This document shows positions 63,149 through 64,000 of a stretch of 64,000 nucleotides of DNA, one piece after another. Every line of letters starts with the position of its first letter. Positions within the stretch are counted from its first letter, which is position 1. A program made the position numbers and the translations under genes. The notes beneath the pieces are model-generated. The model was not told where the DNA came from, made no database searches, and worked only from the letters and a program-made list of their open reading frames with translations. The stretch is from Mobula hypostoma (lineage: Eukaryota): contig NC_086097.1 in NCBI RefSeq assembly GCF_963921235.1, forward strand, positions 114,578,001 to 114,642,000, written 5' to 3'.

Positions 63149-64000
63149 TGCTTGGGGTTTAGTGAAGTTTATGAATAGTGCCTAGAACACTGGGAAACAC
63201 CCTGATTTTTCTTCAAAACATCCCCATGAAAGGGCAGAAGGTCGTTGATTTAAAGTACAGCAGAAGCTCCTCCATGCCTGCCTCCATTAGCCTCGATTTT
63301 CCATTAAGCTTTTTTTGCAACTTGGGATTTTCAAACTGGATTATTTTGCTATGAGTTATTATATTTATCATTCTGTTTGGTATTAGATATTTCATTAAGA
63401 TATTGTGGGTAATTTTGAATAAACAGGAATTTTTGCTATGCTGATCAGAATTATTTTGCTGTTATCATAAATGGTAGAAAAAAAACACTTCAAACTAATA
63501 TAGTTGTTACCCCAATAATATAACCACATACTTTATGCACATGGTTTGTCAAATAAAATATACGCCCTGCAGTTTGCCTTAAGAATGTTTCTTGAGTGTA
63601 AGCTGTGGGATCTAGCAAGATTCTGGCAGCAGTGATCTGACACTGCTTATTAAAAATCTTGGAAAGTAGATCTGTTCATATGACCTGTGTACTATGCTGC
63701 TTTGCCTTTAGGAGGACCATTGTGGCAGCGGAGAGTTCTAACCGTTTACAGGCATTGTTTGTGCCTCAGCTTAGCGAGTGCATCACCGTTCAAGTTTGAA
63801 AAAGGAACATTTATTTCTTCAGAAGTATTTTTGTATTAATGAGTGGTTTGGTAGATTGATCAAATTTATAGTGCAGAGCTTATTGTTTTTTTAGATCTCA
63901 GTGGAAAAATTAAAGGAAGTCTAGCAATTTGAATAAAGAAAGGAAGCAAATTCTGCTATTTGCATGTAGTTATTCACGGTTTAATGAGCTTGATATTGGG

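Noticed and set aside
63712..63824. Possible exon after tttgcctttag
   Set aside because: Good acceptor but weak donors and no F-box or other recognisable motif in any frame.

Overview
Eukaryotic (vertebrate) genomic DNA, not prokaryotic. The repeat complement (CR1, Rex1/Babar, Penelope, HE1-type SINEs, Tc1, hAT) suggests a cartilaginous fish, probably a ray (inference). The only confidently identified host gene is TIMM21 on the minus strand: coding exons 1-4 at 43598-43292, 28424-28362, 14975-14878 and 6100-6027 splice in frame, and the remaining exons lie left of the window. Its promoter has two oppositely oriented ZNF143-type motifs. A CpG island about 13.5 kb away carries an RFX X-box and a likely first exon of a divergent gene, possibly FBXO15. 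Most of the rest is transposon debris, and almost all ORFs in the track are TE fragments or spurious. Four structures stand out: (1) Penelope-like retroelement terminal repeats carrying minimal hammerhead ribozyme motifs, including a 317-bp near-perfect fold-back whose only two mismatches hit the ribozyme core; (2) a 7.2-kb minisatellite of 39/35-bp units grown from inside a LINE reverse-transcriptase coding region, with a ~2.8-kb higher-order duplication; (3) a 1.67-kb internally deleted Helitron with both termini, STPR-like repeats and a PIF1-type helicase C-terminus; (4) multi-layer nested insertions with readable target-site duplications (TSDs). I found no clearly new protein-coding system. 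Boundaries of old TE fragments are approximate.
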